The translations under genes were made by a program, and so were the position numbers. A stretch of 59,945 nt of DNA, taken from contig JBDRBN010000046.1 in assembly GCA_043822785.1 (NCBI GenBank), forward strand, positions 1 through 59,945, given 5' to 3'. Numbering within the stretch: position 1 is the first letter of the stretch; every line of letters starts with the position of its first letter. Source of the stretch: Pseudomonadota bacterium (GTDB lineage: Bacteria > UBA10199 > 2-02-FULL-44-16 > JAAZCA01). Below are positions 46,187-56,308 of the stretch, piece by piece. The notes beneath the pieces were generated by a model. The model saw only the letters and a list, made by a program, of their open reading frames with translations, did not search any database and was not told where the DNA came from.

Positions 46187-47872
46187 ATGGGATGGATAGA
46201 CATTGCCGATGGCCTTTGGGGATTGCGCTTTTGGATGCTACCTTTTCTGGGTGCGCTTTATCTCATTCCTATACTTAGAGTCATAGGATATCCCCTGCAA
46301 TATGGCGGTAGGATATTTATGCGCATAAACCGCTTGTTCGGCCAGTGGGAACACCTCATAATGTTGCCGAGGGATACGCTTATCACCTTATATCTCGTGG
46401 GCGCCATCATATGGCATGCCTTTGTGCCTGCAACATCCATGAGCGAATGGATGCACGCCGCCGCAGCGCTGGCTGCAGCACTTCTGATAGGCACAGGTGC
46501 AATGCAGAGATCATTTCGGCGCCGTGGTCATATGGCGCTTGTAGAATTTGCCCGTCGCAACCCATCGATTCATCCGCAAGAGTTTTTCGATTACCTTCTC
46601 TGCTGCTCTGGAATCATAAGACAAGTATTACCTAAGCTACCCTATCGCACCATTGACCACACTGATATGGATTTTCGAAATGGCAGACAGGGAGCTTGGG
46701 TTGGAAAAGGGGCGAAGCTAAATGGCCTATGGAGCACTGCATGGCTTGCACGCTTGCTGACCATGGCAAGCAAAGACATGGGCGCTTTGGAGCTCAGTGA
46801 GGCAGGAGGAGCGCTAGCTCTTGTGTGGTCCTCTCGCATTGCCCAGGTCGCTCGCGCACGCGTCACTGTGGAAGGCCGCGAAAAAATACTTCCAGGAAAA
46901 GGCGCTGAGATATATCTCTTTACGCATATGAGTTTTCTGGATTTCGCCTTGGCGCCGCTAGCGCTTGTTGAGAGCCCGTATGCTCCCATTTTCCTGTTAG
47001 CCAAAGATCACTTCCGCGACAATCCCATATACTATCGCATACTGGGCATAGGTCGCGCAGCCCAAGCTCTAGGCATGATCTTTGTAGAAAGAAAAAAGAA
47101 AAGCGAACTAAATAGAGCAAAGGAAATAGTACACGAGGCTTCAGAAAAACTCGTAACCAAAGGCGCAGGGCTTGCCATATATCCACAGGGCTCTCGCGCT
47201 GCGCCATGTATAGACCGAGAAGGAAGGCGGTTGAACTCGGGCTATTATACGGTAGGTTCGCGCGATAGAATTAAGAGGGATGGGGGACATCTGAAAAAGG
47301 GCGCAGCTCACATCGCGGCTGAGGCTGCCCTGATGCTTGCAGAGAAAGGATCTGATATAGAAGTGAGGCTAATACCTGTTGCTATAACTGGAACCGGAAT
47401 TGCCTGTCCGCGTGGCACCTCTAATATACTTTCAAATGTTCACATGAGTTTGCGTATAGGCGAGACCATAGTCATACATCCGTCAGGCCTTGAGCTGATC
47501 GCATCGCCAGAGGATAGCAGGCCTACAAATCAAAAGGAAGATGCCTATTTCGATTTTATCCACAAACTTCATAGCCGAATAGACGTATCCTTGAAAACAA
47601 TCGCTCGCGTTCACGCTACGCTTGAGAGAAGATTTTTCGAGGACATAAGGGATATGCTCGATGCTATCCAGCATGAAGAGATAGCGGTTGCTATAAAACC
47701 GTGGAGAGGAGAAGATTGCCTCTTCTATGCCATTCTTGATACGATCTATGCGTGTCCGCCAGCAAGGTGGCGCGCTCTACATGGAGAGCTCATTCATTTG
47801 CTCCTCAACTTTGCACCTCGCTCAGAGCTCCTCGCCTTCAAGGCCCGCATAGCTGATGAAATACCCCTTTAA
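46187..47872 (+). CDS. PlsC-family lysophospholipid acyltransferase with membrane N-terminus
   Basis: THMSFLD (HxxxxD), FLLAK, GMIFVER, IYPQGSR, KKGAA, IPVAITG. Confidence 0.8.
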   Translation: MGWIDIADGLWGLRFWMLPFLGALYLIPILRVIGYPLQYGGRIFMRINRLFGQWEHLIMLPRDTLITLYLVGAIIWHAFVPATSMSEWMHAAAALAAALLIGTGAMQRSFRRRGHMALVEFARRNPSIHPQEFFDYLLCCSGIIRQVLPKLPYRTIDHTDMDFRNGRQGAWVGKGAKLNGLWSTAWLARLLTMASKDMGALELSEAGGALALVWSSRIAQVARARVTVEGREKILPGKGAEIYLFTHMSFLDFALAPLALVESPYAPIFLLAKDHFRDNPIYYRILGIGRAAQALGMIFVERKKKSELNRAKEIVHEASEKLVTKGAGLAIYPQGSRAAPCIDREGRRLNSGYYTVGSRDRIKRDGGHLKKGAAHIAAEAALMLAEKGSDIEVRLIPVAITGTGIACPRGTSNILSNVHMSLRIGETIVIHPSGLELIASPEDSRPTNQKEDAYFDFIHKLHSRIDVSLKTIARVHATLERRFFEDIRDMLDAIQHEEIAVAIKPWRGEDCLFYAILDTIYACPPARWRALHGELIHLLLNFAPRSELLAFKARIADEIPL

Positions 47873-48022
47873 AGCAAATACCAAACTCCAAATACCAAAC
47901 TCCAAATAAATTCCAATCTCCAATGACCAATGACCAAAACATCGAATCAATGGGTTATGTTTGGAATTTTGTTTTTGGAATTTGGAGCTTGTTTGGTATT
48001 TGGTGCTTGGAATTTGGGATTT
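47871..48022. repeat. heptamer-repeat inverted element
   Basis: CCAAATA/CCAAACT units then TTGGAAT/TTGGTAT units; same family as 142-270; lies between convergent genes. Confidence 0.85.
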
Positions 48023-48346
48023 CTAATTGAGGTGTTTATTGACGTATTGCTGGACGGTTTTGTGGCTGAGTGAAAAGATGTTTGTAAACTGGATGCCTAC
48101 TCTTGTGTGATCGTTTGAATCCTCTATATGTGTGATCTGTCCGCGCATCGAGACATCTCGTTCTTTCTCGTTTAAATCGAAGATGACTTCTACGGATGCA
48201 TCGTTTGATATGGATGATTGTTCTACACAAAGATACATACCACCACAGCTGATGTTGAGCATGGTGGCTGGAATGAACTTTCCCCTGTGCCTTAGAATGA
48301 CAGGCATGTTAACTGAAAGACGGCCATATCGTCGCTTTTCTAACAT
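48023..48346 (-). CDS. stand-alone PilZ domain protein
   Basis: KRRYGR (RxxxR) and NISCGG (D/NxSxxG), GIQF. Confidence 0.9.
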   Translation of the reverse strand: MLEKRRYGRLSVNMPVILRHRGKFIPATMLNISCGGMYLCVEQSSISNDASVEVIFDLNEKERDVSMRGQITHIEDSNDHTRVGIQFTNIFSLSHKTVQQYVNKHLN

Positions 48347-48400
48347 ACCGATCTCCTATTATCTTCATAGGTTATATGCTTGCAACACTTTTCATCCTAT

Positions 48401-48427
48401 ATATCGGCATGCTTCTGAAAAAGTTGT
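48401..48427 (-). promoter_or_regulatory. sigma28-like promoter
   Basis: Reverse complement ACAAC-N14-GCCGATAT upstream of PilZ gene. Confidence 0.65.
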
Positions 48428-48481
48428 GCGATTTATGTTAACATTGGCATTTCATTCAGAATGAGGCTAAACTGCAACGCC

Positions 48482-49507
48482 ATGACTGAAAAGATAGCAA
48501 TAATAGGTGCGGGATCATGGGGCACGGCTCTTGCAAAGCTTCTGGCTGAGAAGGGCATGGATGTGCTCATCTGGGCTTATGAAGACGAAGTGGTCAAAGG
48601 TATCAATGCCTCCCATCAGAATCCCTTTTATCTTGCCGATATTACGCTTCCTCCCCGTGTTCGGGCCACTTCTGACCCGGCAATGGCCTTGAGTGAAAGG
48701 GATTATGTGGTATCAGTGGTTCCATCGTTTGCTTTGAGAGTGGTGTGGCAAAATCATGGTGCTTATCTGGAAAAAAATTCGATACTAGTAAGCTGCACAA
48801 AGGGTTTTGAAGAAAACAGCCTAAAACTCATGAGCCAGGTTCTTGACGATTGCCTGCCAGACCATCCTATAAATCATAGAGCTGTTCTTTCGGGTCCAAG
48901 TTTTGCAAAAGAAGTGGCCATGGGCCTGCCGACATCAGTGGTGATCGCTGGTAAGGATAGAAATATTATCAAGAAGCTACAAAACCTATTTCGCACCGAC
49001 TTTTTTCTTACATTTACAAACGATGACATGATCGGAGTTGAGGTGGGAGGCGCTGTCAAAAACGTGATCGCCATAGCAGCTGGCCTTTCAGATGGCCTTT
49101 CTCTTGGCCACAATACGCGCGCTAGTATAATAACTAGGGGCCTTTACGAAATCATAAAAATAGGAAATGCTTTGGGTGCATCACCTCTTACATTTGCAGG
49201 GCTTTCAGGAATTGGCGATCTTGTGCTCACATGCACTGCTTCAGAGTCACGCAATTACACAGTTGGCTTTGAGCTCGGAAAAGGAAAAAGCCTTGCCTCT
49301 ATCACGAAGGGCATGAGGATGGTAGCAGAGGGCATACCTACTACGCATGCGGTAAACGAGCTTGCAAAGAAGCATCGCATAAACGTGCCCATATGCAATG
49401 CCATGTATAGAATACTTTTTGAAAACCTCTCTCCAAGGCAGGCGGTGACAGAGCTTTGCAAGATGGAGCTAAAAGATGAGCTTGGATCTATTTTGAAAAG
49501 AGGGTAA
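48482..49507 (+). CDS. gpsA: NAD(P)H-dependent glycerol-3-phosphate dehydrogenase
   Basis: IGAGSWGTALA, CTKG, LSGPSFAKE, GGAVKNVIAIA, GIGDLVLTC, SRN, VAEG. Confidence 0.96.
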   Translation: MTEKIAIIGAGSWGTALAKLLAEKGMDVLIWAYEDEVVKGINASHQNPFYLADITLPPRVRATSDPAMALSERDYVVSVVPSFALRVVWQNHGAYLEKNSILVSCTKGFEENSLKLMSQVLDDCLPDHPINHRAVLSGPSFAKEVAMGLPTSVVIAGKDRNIIKKLQNLFRTDFFLTFTNDDMIGVEVGGAVKNVIAIAAGLSDGLSLGHNTRASIITRGLYEIIKIGNALGASPLTFAGLSGIGDLVLTCTASESRNYTVGFELGKGKSLASITKGMRMVAEGIPTTHAVNELAKKHRINVPICNAMYRILFENLSPRQAVTELCKMELKDELGSILKRG

Positions 49508-49527
49508 TACTAAATAGGATATTTGCT

Positions 49528-49755
49528 ATGACTAGAAAGTTCGATCTTAAATTCTCTATAGATGAAGACGCTCTTATAAGAGGGCTTTTGGATTCTAAAG
49601 GAAAGCGCGTCGAAATAATTGCGTTTGGAATTGTGTATACTGGAAAGCTCGAAAGCGTGGACCCTGACAACGGCACTCTCACCATAGTGGATGATGAAGA
49701 TAAAGCGATGCTTGAGATAGAGCGGGTTGAATCACTTTCAATACTTGAATCATGA
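49528..49755 (+). CDS. small hypothetical protein, possible Sm-like/SH3 barrel
   Basis: GKRVEI..GIVYTGKLESVD..LTI pattern. Confidence 0.55.
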   Translation: MTRKFDLKFSIDEDALIRGLLDSKGKRVEIIAFGIVYTGKLESVDPDNGTLTIVDDEDKAMLEIERVESLSILES

Positions 49756-50132
49756 TGCAGCGTTTTTCCATTATTGTCTTGATCGTACTCTTTGCGGCTG
49801 GCGTTTGCATGCAAGCAAGAGCAGCCGATGATGAGCCTGATCCTGGTTTATCGTCTCCCTTTACGCTCATCATCCTCGGCACAAGAAGCGCATCAGATAT
49901 CGAGCTCATTCGAAAAAATATAAAAAGTCTCGCATACATAAAAGGCTTTAGCCCCTCACAAGTAAGTCAAAGGCATCTAGAATTCACTGGCTCCTTTGTT
50001 GGCTCTGAGGAGACTTTTCTTGCAGATATAGAAAGCCTTTCAGCTGACCGATTTGAAGTGAACAGTAAAGACGATAGGGAAAGGGGGCTCGTCGTAACCC
50101 TCAGGAAGATCCAGCCTGTACCTGTTGAGTAA
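49752..50132 (+). CDS. hypothetical secreted protein
   Basis: Signal peptide ending ARA; ATGA overlap with upstream gene. Confidence 0.65.
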   Translation: MMQRFSIIVLIVLFAAGVCMQARAADDEPDPGLSSPFTLIILGTRSASDIELIRKNIKSLAYIKGFSPSQVSQRHLEFTGSFVGSEETFLADIESLSADRFEVNSKDDRERGLVVTLRKIQPVPVE

Positions 50133-50640
50133 TGTTTTTCATCTGCGCTTTATATGCGGTGCGCATCTTCACAAATGTAGGAAATAGGCTTTTGTCGCGA
50201 AAATCTGGAAATGCCCACGGAAATGCCTCCCAACCTTTGTTGTACCATAAAAGCATGTCAGCATAAGCGCCTGGTGCAATGGCGATCTTATGGCCGCCAT
50301 GCTTTCCTGAGATGAGCACTACCTTGTTTGCATCAATATACCCGGGATCGATATTGACTCTACGTTTGTTTCCATCCTTAAAGCGAGATTCTACCTCAAT
50401 GCCATATGTTTTATAATCCTTAGCTTCCTCAGGATGGGCGAGTTTTTCAAATGCGACAAAGCAGCGCTTAAGGCATGTGCCCATCTCCTCTTCATAATAG
50501 CGTGTGTGATCAAATAAAAGCCATTCGCTTACAATGTCGGTGCCTCCAAAGTGATTGGCGAGTGCATCTAGAATGCGGTCGAGCTCATCGATGTGCGACG
50601 TAAGTATGCCTGCTATGGGCTTTATTAAATCATGCATCAT
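50101..50640 (-). CDS. DUF4416-family protein
   Basis: FDHTRYYEEEMG, RRVNIDPGY, FPWAFPDF. Confidence 0.8.
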   Translation of the reverse strand: MMHDLIKPIAGILTSHIDELDRILDALANHFGGTDIVSEWLLFDHTRYYEEEMGTCLKRCFVAFEKLAHPEEAKDYKTYGIEVESRFKDGNKRRVNIDPGYIDANKVVLISGKHGGHKIAIAPGAYADMLLWYNKGWEAFPWAFPDFRDKSLFPTFVKMRTAYKAQMKNITQQVQAGSS

Positions 50641-51440
50641 GCACCTCTGCTTTTAAGCGCATCCTGAGCTGCACTCACGATGCGCATATCTATACCAAAA
50701 GCTTTTTCAATCTCTCTTGAAAAGTTTCTGCCTATTCGATCCTGCGCTCTTTTGGTTTTGTCTGTAAATCTGACGACTCCATCTCTCATGAAAAGCTGGC
50801 CCGTGCCAGTTTGCCTGGATACACATAGATGCCTCATCATGGCCCACTCAAATGAATCAATCCATCTGCTGCGAAAATGTATAGCGCTTACAGGCTCATC
50901 GCGCAGCCTGTATCTGATTCGCGTTTTTCCTTTGCGCTCTGTTATGAGCAGGAGCTGTTTGCTCGTGCCCAGCCTCATAAGCCGCAGCATGCCTGTTGGG
51001 CTGTGTTGCACTGAATCGCCAAAAGTAGGAATTACTAGCGGTTCTTCCATAAGATAGCCTGGGTCGACTAAAAAACGCATGTTGCTAAGTGGCACTATGA
51101 TGGCGCAATGAGTATCTGGACCGTAGGACCGATCGCAAAAAACAGGCCAAGAATCATATCCTGCAAAAAAAAGAACCTGCTGAAAGAAATATGTGAGTGA
51201 AAAGCACGTTCCTCCAGCGCCCATGTCAATATGTTCTTCTAAAATTACATCAGGGGTCCGTAGCCTTTTTTCAGGGTCAGCTGTCTTGGTTGCCCTGATG
51301 ACCTTTGTGAGGTTTTCATAAGGGAGCCTGTTAAACGCACGCGTAAGCTTGCAAAGAAACGCATGATCAGGCTTAGCAGGAGGCAACCCCACCAGCTTAA
51401 GAAAATCCCGAGCAACGTCTGAATAACTAATCTCAGCCAT
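50637..51440 (-). CDS. arylamine N-acetyltransferase family protein
   Basis: PYENL, GGTCF, THCAI, LVDPG (Cys-His-Asp triad); ORF-track N-terminus is repeat-derived. Confidence 0.82.
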   Translation of the reverse strand: MAEISYSDVARDFLKLVGLPPAKPDHAFLCKLTRAFNRLPYENLTKVIRATKTADPEKRLRTPDVILEEHIDMGAGGTCFSLTYFFQQVLFFAGYDSWPVFCDRSYGPDTHCAIIVPLSNMRFLVDPGYLMEEPLVIPTFGDSVQHSPTGMLRLMRLGTSKQLLLITERKGKTRIRYRLRDEPVSAIHFRSRWIDSFEWAMMRHLCVSRQTGTGQLFMRDGVVRFTDKTKRAQDRIGRNFSREIEKAFGIDMRIVSAAQDALKSRGA

Positions 51441-51499
51441 AATGAGGTGCATAGCTGCTAACCAATTTATGTTCAAGTATGATGTTAATCTCCAATAAA

Positions 51500-51565
51500 G
51501 CGAGACACGCGAGAAAGGCGAGACACGCGAGAAACGCCAGCAACACGTTTCTCGCCTTTCTCGCC
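51500..51565. repeat. 9-mer tandem/inverted repeat (GCGAGAMAC)
   Basis: gcgagacac gcgagaaag gcgagacac gcgagaaac...gtttctcgc ctttctcgcc; 17-mer shared with 1859-1875. Confidence 0.75.
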
Positions 51566-51615
51566 TAGTTAAATTTGGCGCTTGGAATTTCATTTTCTCT
51601 AGGCATTATGACCCT

Positions 51616-52761
51616 ATGCCGCATCGAGTAGCCCTCATAAAACAGACTAGCTACGAGCAAAAATCGCTCGAAGCATCCATTCGTCGCGCAGTTGAGCTTA
51701 CAGGATTCGATCTTTCGAGCGCACGAGGTAAATGCGTGCTTCTCAAACCCAACCTGCTGGGCGCCTATCCCCCATCCATGGGCGTCACAACTCATCCGCA
51801 CTTTGTCGCTGCAGTAGGTTGCATCTTCAAACAAGCCGGTGCGCACGTTTCAGTTGGCGATAGCCCAAACGGCGTACATTCTATACAGAAAACCTGGGAA
51901 GTGACTGGTATGCGTGAGGTATGCCGCATACATGGATTTGCCGAAGCTCCATTTGAGGCTTCGGGCAGCGTGGAAAGAGCCGGCTTAAGGATCGCTAAGG
52001 CGCTAGCCCAAGCTGATATGATAATAAATCTACCCAAGTTCAAGACGCATGGGCTAACGGTCTTAACCCTTGCGGTAAAAAATCTCTTTGGCTGCATAAA
52101 CGGCATGCAGAAATCTAGCATACATCGAGCACATCCTGATGCATACGATTTTTCAGAGCAAGTGGTGCGCATAGCTGATTGCGTGTGTCCCCATTTCAAC
52201 ATCATTGATGGAATAGTAGCCATGGAGGGAGATGGACCATCAGGCGGAAATCTGATTGAGCTAGGAGTCATAGCAGCAGGACAGAATATGCATTTTGTGG
52301 ACGCTATCTGCTGCAAGCTGATTGGCCTTTCTCCAAAACATCTGGATACGCTAGCAGCTGCATTACAGCTTAAGCTGTTAAACGATGTGGAGGACATCTT
52401 AGTTGTGGGCGACAGCATGGATGAATTGCGCCCTCCTTGCTTTAAGTTGCCTTCAACCTATACACATGGCATGCGAGACTGGTGGATATCCAAGCTAGTC
52501 ATGCGCATCATATGGCACAACATGAGTGCCCAACCTGTGATAGATGAAAATCTGTGTAAACGATGTAATTTGTGCGTGAATGCGTGTCCTGTTTTGGCGA
52601 TCGATGAAGGCGAACAGGATTTTGCCCCTAAGATTAATAGCGAGCAATGCATACAATGCTTTTGCTGCCATGAAGTCTGTCCACACAGGGCAATACAGCT
52701 TAGACGCAGCCCGTTACTTAAAATATGGCAATGGTTTGCTGATAGGAGGATAAGACTATGA
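51616..52761 (+). CDS. DUF362 protein with 2x[4Fe-4S] domain
   Basis: VLLKPNL, TTHP, INLPKFKTH, AVKNLFG, AMEGDGP, two CxxCxxCxxxCP. Confidence 0.9.
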   Translation: MPHRVALIKQTSYEQKSLEASIRRAVELTGFDLSSARGKCVLLKPNLLGAYPPSMGVTTHPHFVAAVGCIFKQAGAHVSVGDSPNGVHSIQKTWEVTGMREVCRIHGFAEAPFEASGSVERAGLRIAKALAQADMIINLPKFKTHGLTVLTLAVKNLFGCINGMQKSSIHRAHPDAYDFSEQVVRIADCVCPHFNIIDGIVAMEGDGPSGGNLIELGVIAAGQNMHFVDAICCKLIGLSPKHLDTLAAALQLKLLNDVEDILVVGDSMDELRPPCFKLPSTYTHGMRDWWISKLVMRIIWHNMSAQPVIDENLCKRCNLCVNACPVLAIDEGEQDFAPKINSEQCIQCFCCHEVCPHRAIQLRRSPLLKIWQWFADRRIRL

Positions 52762-53207
52762 AACATAAACTCATAGCAGTAATCGGTGCTGCAGACGCTA
52801 GTGCAGAAGATCTTAAAACAGCTGAAGAGCTGGGAAGGCAGATCGCCTTGAGGGGATGGACGCTCATCACAGGGGGGCTCTCGGGCGTAATGGAAGCTGC
52901 CTCCAAAGGCGCATCAGAAGCAGGCGGAACGGTTGTCGGGATATTGCCCCACGCAGATGCCGCACATGCCAATCCGCACGTAGGCATACCCATCGCCACA
53001 AACATGGGCCATGCCAGAAACATGGTCATCGTGCACAGCGCAAGTGCTGTGATAGCTGTGGGTGGCAGTTACGGCACGCTCTCGGAGATCGCCGTAGCGC
53101 TCAAGTTGGACAAGCCGGTTTTTGTATTGAACAGCTGGGATATAGACGGCACGGAGTCCGTAGAAAATGCCGAGGCCGCAATCGAGGCATGCGAGAACTT
53201 ACTATGA
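52758..53207 (+). CDS. LOG/SLOG family protein (TIGR00725-like)
   Basis: ITGGLSGVMEAASKGA, VGILP, ARN, GGSYGTLSEIA. Confidence 0.9.
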   Translation: MKHKLIAVIGAADASAEDLKTAEELGRQIALRGWTLITGGLSGVMEAASKGASEAGGTVVGILPHADAAHANPHVGIPIATNMGHARNMVIVHSASAVIAVGGSYGTLSEIAVALKLDKPVFVLNSWDIDGTESVENAEAAIEACENLL

Positions 53208-54733
53208 AACTTCTGCTCATAGTACCATGCAAGAACAAGAAGGAACGCGAGTTCTTCGATTTTCGCTTTGTTGCCAAATTCATCGGGATGAAGCGCGGGT
53301 TCTGGGGCATACCCCTGGCCGTTCCCACGGTTGCTGCTATCACGCCTTCTGATGTGGAAGTGGAGATAGTTGATGAAAACATAGAGGAGATCGACTTTAA
53401 TAAGCCATGCGATTTGATAGGCATAACGGTCATGAGCCTTCAGGCTATTCGTGCCTATCAAATTGCAGATGAGTTTCGCAGGCGCAAAAGGCCGGTGGTT
53501 TTAGGCGGGGTGCACGCGTCGATGCTTCCCCAAGAGGCTTTGGAGCATGCTGATAGCGTATTTGTAGGAGAGGCAGAGGGCCGCTGGTACAAAGTGATAG
53601 AAGATTTCAAAAGAGGCGAATTAAAAAAGATCTACACGCCTGATCCTGACGAGGGAAGACCTCATCTGGGGGCATCGCCTGGTCCTAGGCGCGATCTGCA
53701 GAAAAATCATTATTACGTGGCCAACATGCTGCAGACCTCGCGCGGTTGCCCGTTTGATTGCGATTTCTGTTCGGTTCAGGATTTTTTGGGATCAAAGATG
53801 CGGTACAAGGCTCCTGCACAAGTCGAAGATGAAATCCACGACATCTACAGATACGCTGTTCACGACAATTACATGAAACAGCTATTCATAACCGACGACA
53901 ATCTGGTGGGTAACAGAAAGCGCATCATGGAGATGCTAAGAGACGCCCTCATACCCATGAACCAGAAATTCGACATCAGCGGTTGGACCTGCCAATGCTC
54001 TGTAAACGTTGCCAAAGACCTTGAGTTGCTTGCCATGATGAAAGATGCAGGGTGCCAGCACATATTCATAGGGTTTGAAAGCCTCTCGGCAGATAGTCTT
54101 AAAACGCTCTCAAAGGCTATAAATAATGTAGATCAGTATAGCGAAGCCATTAGCTCCATTCGAAGCTTTGGCATCGATGTGATAGGCTCGTTTATCCTTG
54201 GAAACGATTGCGATGATACGTCTTCGTTTTCTAGGCTTGCTGATTTCATCCACGACAACGCGCTGCTCGATAATCTGATTAACATTCTCGTGCCATTTCC
54301 AGGAACCAAGCTGTTTGAGCGCATGAAGGCTGAGGGCAGGATATTACACTATGATTGGTCCAAATACGATTTGGGACATGTAGTCTTTAAACCAAAGCGC
54401 ATGAGCGTGCGAGAGCTGGAGGAGGGATACATCTGGGTTCACCAAGAGGTTTATGCACTCAAGAATCTATATCCAAAACTCAGATACCGTATTTGGAAAC
54501 CAGGCAAGAATCGAATGAGCACAAGCTTAAAGCTTAAGTTCACAGCAAGGCTTATGAGCTTGCTTTCACCAACAGACTGGGATCGAAACAGATTTATCTT
54601 CAGGGTGATCCCAGACGTATTTAATTCCAACCTCGACATGCAGTTGTCGAATATCGTCAACTGCATGGATCACCAGGATTTTGCCAGGAAATTAGAAGCC
54701 CGCAGAAAGAGCTTACACCTCTTGACCTCATGA
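53204..54733 (+). CDS. B12-binding radical SAM protein
   Basis: VVLGGVH, VFVGEAE, SRGCPFDCDFC, TDDN, IGFES, PFPGT; start ATG 53204. Confidence 0.9.
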   Translation: MKLLLIVPCKNKKEREFFDFRFVAKFIGMKRGFWGIPLAVPTVAAITPSDVEVEIVDENIEEIDFNKPCDLIGITVMSLQAIRAYQIADEFRRRKRPVVLGGVHASMLPQEALEHADSVFVGEAEGRWYKVIEDFKRGELKKIYTPDPDEGRPHLGASPGPRRDLQKNHYYVANMLQTSRGCPFDCDFCSVQDFLGSKMRYKAPAQVEDEIHDIYRYAVHDNYMKQLFITDDNLVGNRKRIMEMLRDALIPMNQKFDISGWTCQCSVNVAKDLELLAMMKDAGCQHIFIGFESLSADSLKTLSKAINNVDQYSEAISSIRSFGIDVIGSFILGNDCDDTSSFSRLADFIHDNALLDNLINILVPFPGTKLFERMKAEGRILHYDWSKYDLGHVVFKPKRMSVRELEEGYIWVHQEVYALKNLYPKLRYRIWKPGKNRMSTSLKLKFTARLMSLLSPTDWDRNRFIFRVIPDVFNSNLDMQLSNIVNCMDHQDFARKLEARRKSLHLLTS

Positions 54734-54740
54734 CAGACAT

Positions 54741-54773
54741 AAAAAAACCGGCGGATATTCCGCCGGTTTTTTT
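54741..54773. terminator. bidirectional intrinsic terminator
   Basis: AAAAAAACCGGCGGA tat TCCGCCGGTTTTTTT. Confidence 0.9.
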
Positions 54774-54793
54774 GTATCTATACACTAACTAGA

Positions 54794-54853
54794 GAGATCC
54801 TTCGACGAAGTTTACCCTGAGCGACCGACAGGGAGTCGAAGGGCTCAGGATGA
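54794..54853. repeat. nested REP/MITE-like element
   Basis: GAGATCCTTCG-[..CCCTGAGCG..GTCGAAGG]-GCTCAGGATGA; same family as 1722-1779. Confidence 0.65.
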
Positions 54854-54875
54854 TGAATCGAAAAATCTCGACCCA

Positions 54876-55118
54876 TCATTTCGTGTTGAGGCGATTTCTC
54901 TTCACGTATGCCCAAAGCTTCTTTGTCATCTGGCTTGGTGCTATGGGTGTGCGGCCAAGAACTTGCTCTAGAGTATGTGCGCAGCCGCGGAAGTTTACTG
55001 TGTAGCCACCAAATGCCTTCTTGCCCTTCTTTGACTTTTTCTTCTTTACGACCTTCTTCTTTTTCCTCTTAACTGTCTTTTTCTTCTTCACTACCTTTTT
55101 CTTTTTCTTCTTTGCCAT
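54876..55118 (-). CDS. Lys-rich histone H1-like tail fused to short SWIB/MDM2-like domain
   Basis: MAKKKKKKVVKKKK..; LEQVLG..PI..SQMTKKLWAYVKRNRL; RBS AGGAGG. Confidence 0.78.
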   Translation of the reverse strand: MAKKKKKKVVKKKKTVKRKKKKVVKKKKSKKGKKAFGGYTVNFRGCAHTLEQVLGRTPIAPSQMTKKLWAYVKRNRLNTK

Positions 55119-55239
55119 AATCCCTCCTGTGCTGGATGCGCTATTTTCACTATAGGTCGCGCATCACAAATTGATTGTTAACCACTACAGTTGGTAGCAT
55201 TTCTTATAGCAAATTTTGACCATAATTAAAAACAAAAAA

Positions 55240-56160
55240 TCAGATTATATCTAGCCACTCGCTATGCAGTGTATTCTTGCCTCGTACAGCATCAAAGAAG
55301 GCATTCTGAAGCTGTTTTGTGATAGGGCCAGGAGCGCCTGAGCCAACTTTTCTATTATCAACTTCGCGCACTGGGGTGATTTCGGCAGCTGTACCGCTGA
55401 GAAACACCTCATCGCATATATAGAGAAAATCTCGAGTAAACTTCTGCTCTCGCAAGGGTAAATCCATATCATTAGCAAGGGCGATGACTGTATCTCGGGT
55501 AACGCCTGGCAGAATGGGAGAGGTCATAGGAGGTGTTAATATTATACCATCGCGAACTGCAAATATGTTCTCGCCGCTTCCCTCTGCCACATATCCATGC
55601 GTATCTAGCATAATAGCTTCGTCATAGCCCATGCTCAAGGCCTCGCGCTTAGCCAAAATACTTGTTACATATTGGCCGATGATCTTTCCTTGAACCATGC
55701 CTATGTTTACATGATGCCGGTTGAAAGAAGATACTTTGGCACGAATTCCCTTTTCTAAAGCACCGGCTCCTAGATATTCACCCCACGTCCATGCGGCGAT
55801 AGCTGCTTTTGTGGGATTTATTGCTGAAAGCCCCATCTCACCCTCTGCGCTGTACATGATCGGTCGCACATAGCATTCATCAAAACCATTCACCCTTACG
55901 GTTTCAATACAGGCATTCACGAGCTGTTTTTCTGTGAAAGGCGATTCCATAGAGAGGATCTTAAGCCCGTCGAATAGTCTTCGTATATGGAGCTTAAGCC
56001 TGAATATGGCTGAGCCGTCTTTTGCTAGCTTGTAGCAGCGCATGCCCTCGAACACGCCTAGGCCATAATGTAGAGCATTTGTTAGGATATGGACTTTGGC
56101 ATCTTTCCAATCCACAAATTTGCCATCCATCCAGACCATTTTAGCGTGCTTGACCAGCAT
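55240..56160 (-). CDS. ilvE: branched-chain amino acid aminotransferase
   Basis: LHYGLGVFEG, YVRP, GKIIGQY, GYDEAIML, AEGSGENIF, ILPGVTR, GTAAEITPV. Confidence 0.95.
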   Translation of the reverse strand: MLVKHAKMVWMDGKFVDWKDAKVHILTNALHYGLGVFEGMRCYKLAKDGSAIFRLKLHIRRLFDGLKILSMESPFTEKQLVNACIETVRVNGFDECYVRPIMYSAEGEMGLSAINPTKAAIAAWTWGEYLGAGALEKGIRAKVSSFNRHHVNIGMVQGKIIGQYVTSILAKREALSMGYDEAIMLDTHGYVAEGSGENIFAVRDGIILTPPMTSPILPGVTRDTVIALANDMDLPLREQKFTRDFLYICDEVFLSGTAAEITPVREVDNRKVGSGAPGPITKQLQNAFFDAVRGKNTLHSEWLDII

Positions 56161-56262
56161 AGCGCCTCCTCAAGATTGATTTGCAAAAACTAGACTATGG
56201 CAGCATAAGGGGCAACCGTAAAATGACAAACCTAAGTTGATGCAATTTTTTGTAGTTTTTTA

Positions 56263-56289
56263 GCAACTTTCCAGGCGGTATGCCGATAT
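56263..56289 (+). promoter_or_regulatory. sigma28-like promoter
   Basis: GCAAC-N14-GCCGATAT, 20 bp before orphan ORF. Confidence 0.7.
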
Positions 56290-56308
56290 GTGAGGCAAGA
56301 TCAAGACT

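Noticed and set aside
52856-53203. N-terminal extension of the radical SAM ORF
   Set aside because: Out-of-frame overlap with the LOG gene; the real start is ATG 53204.
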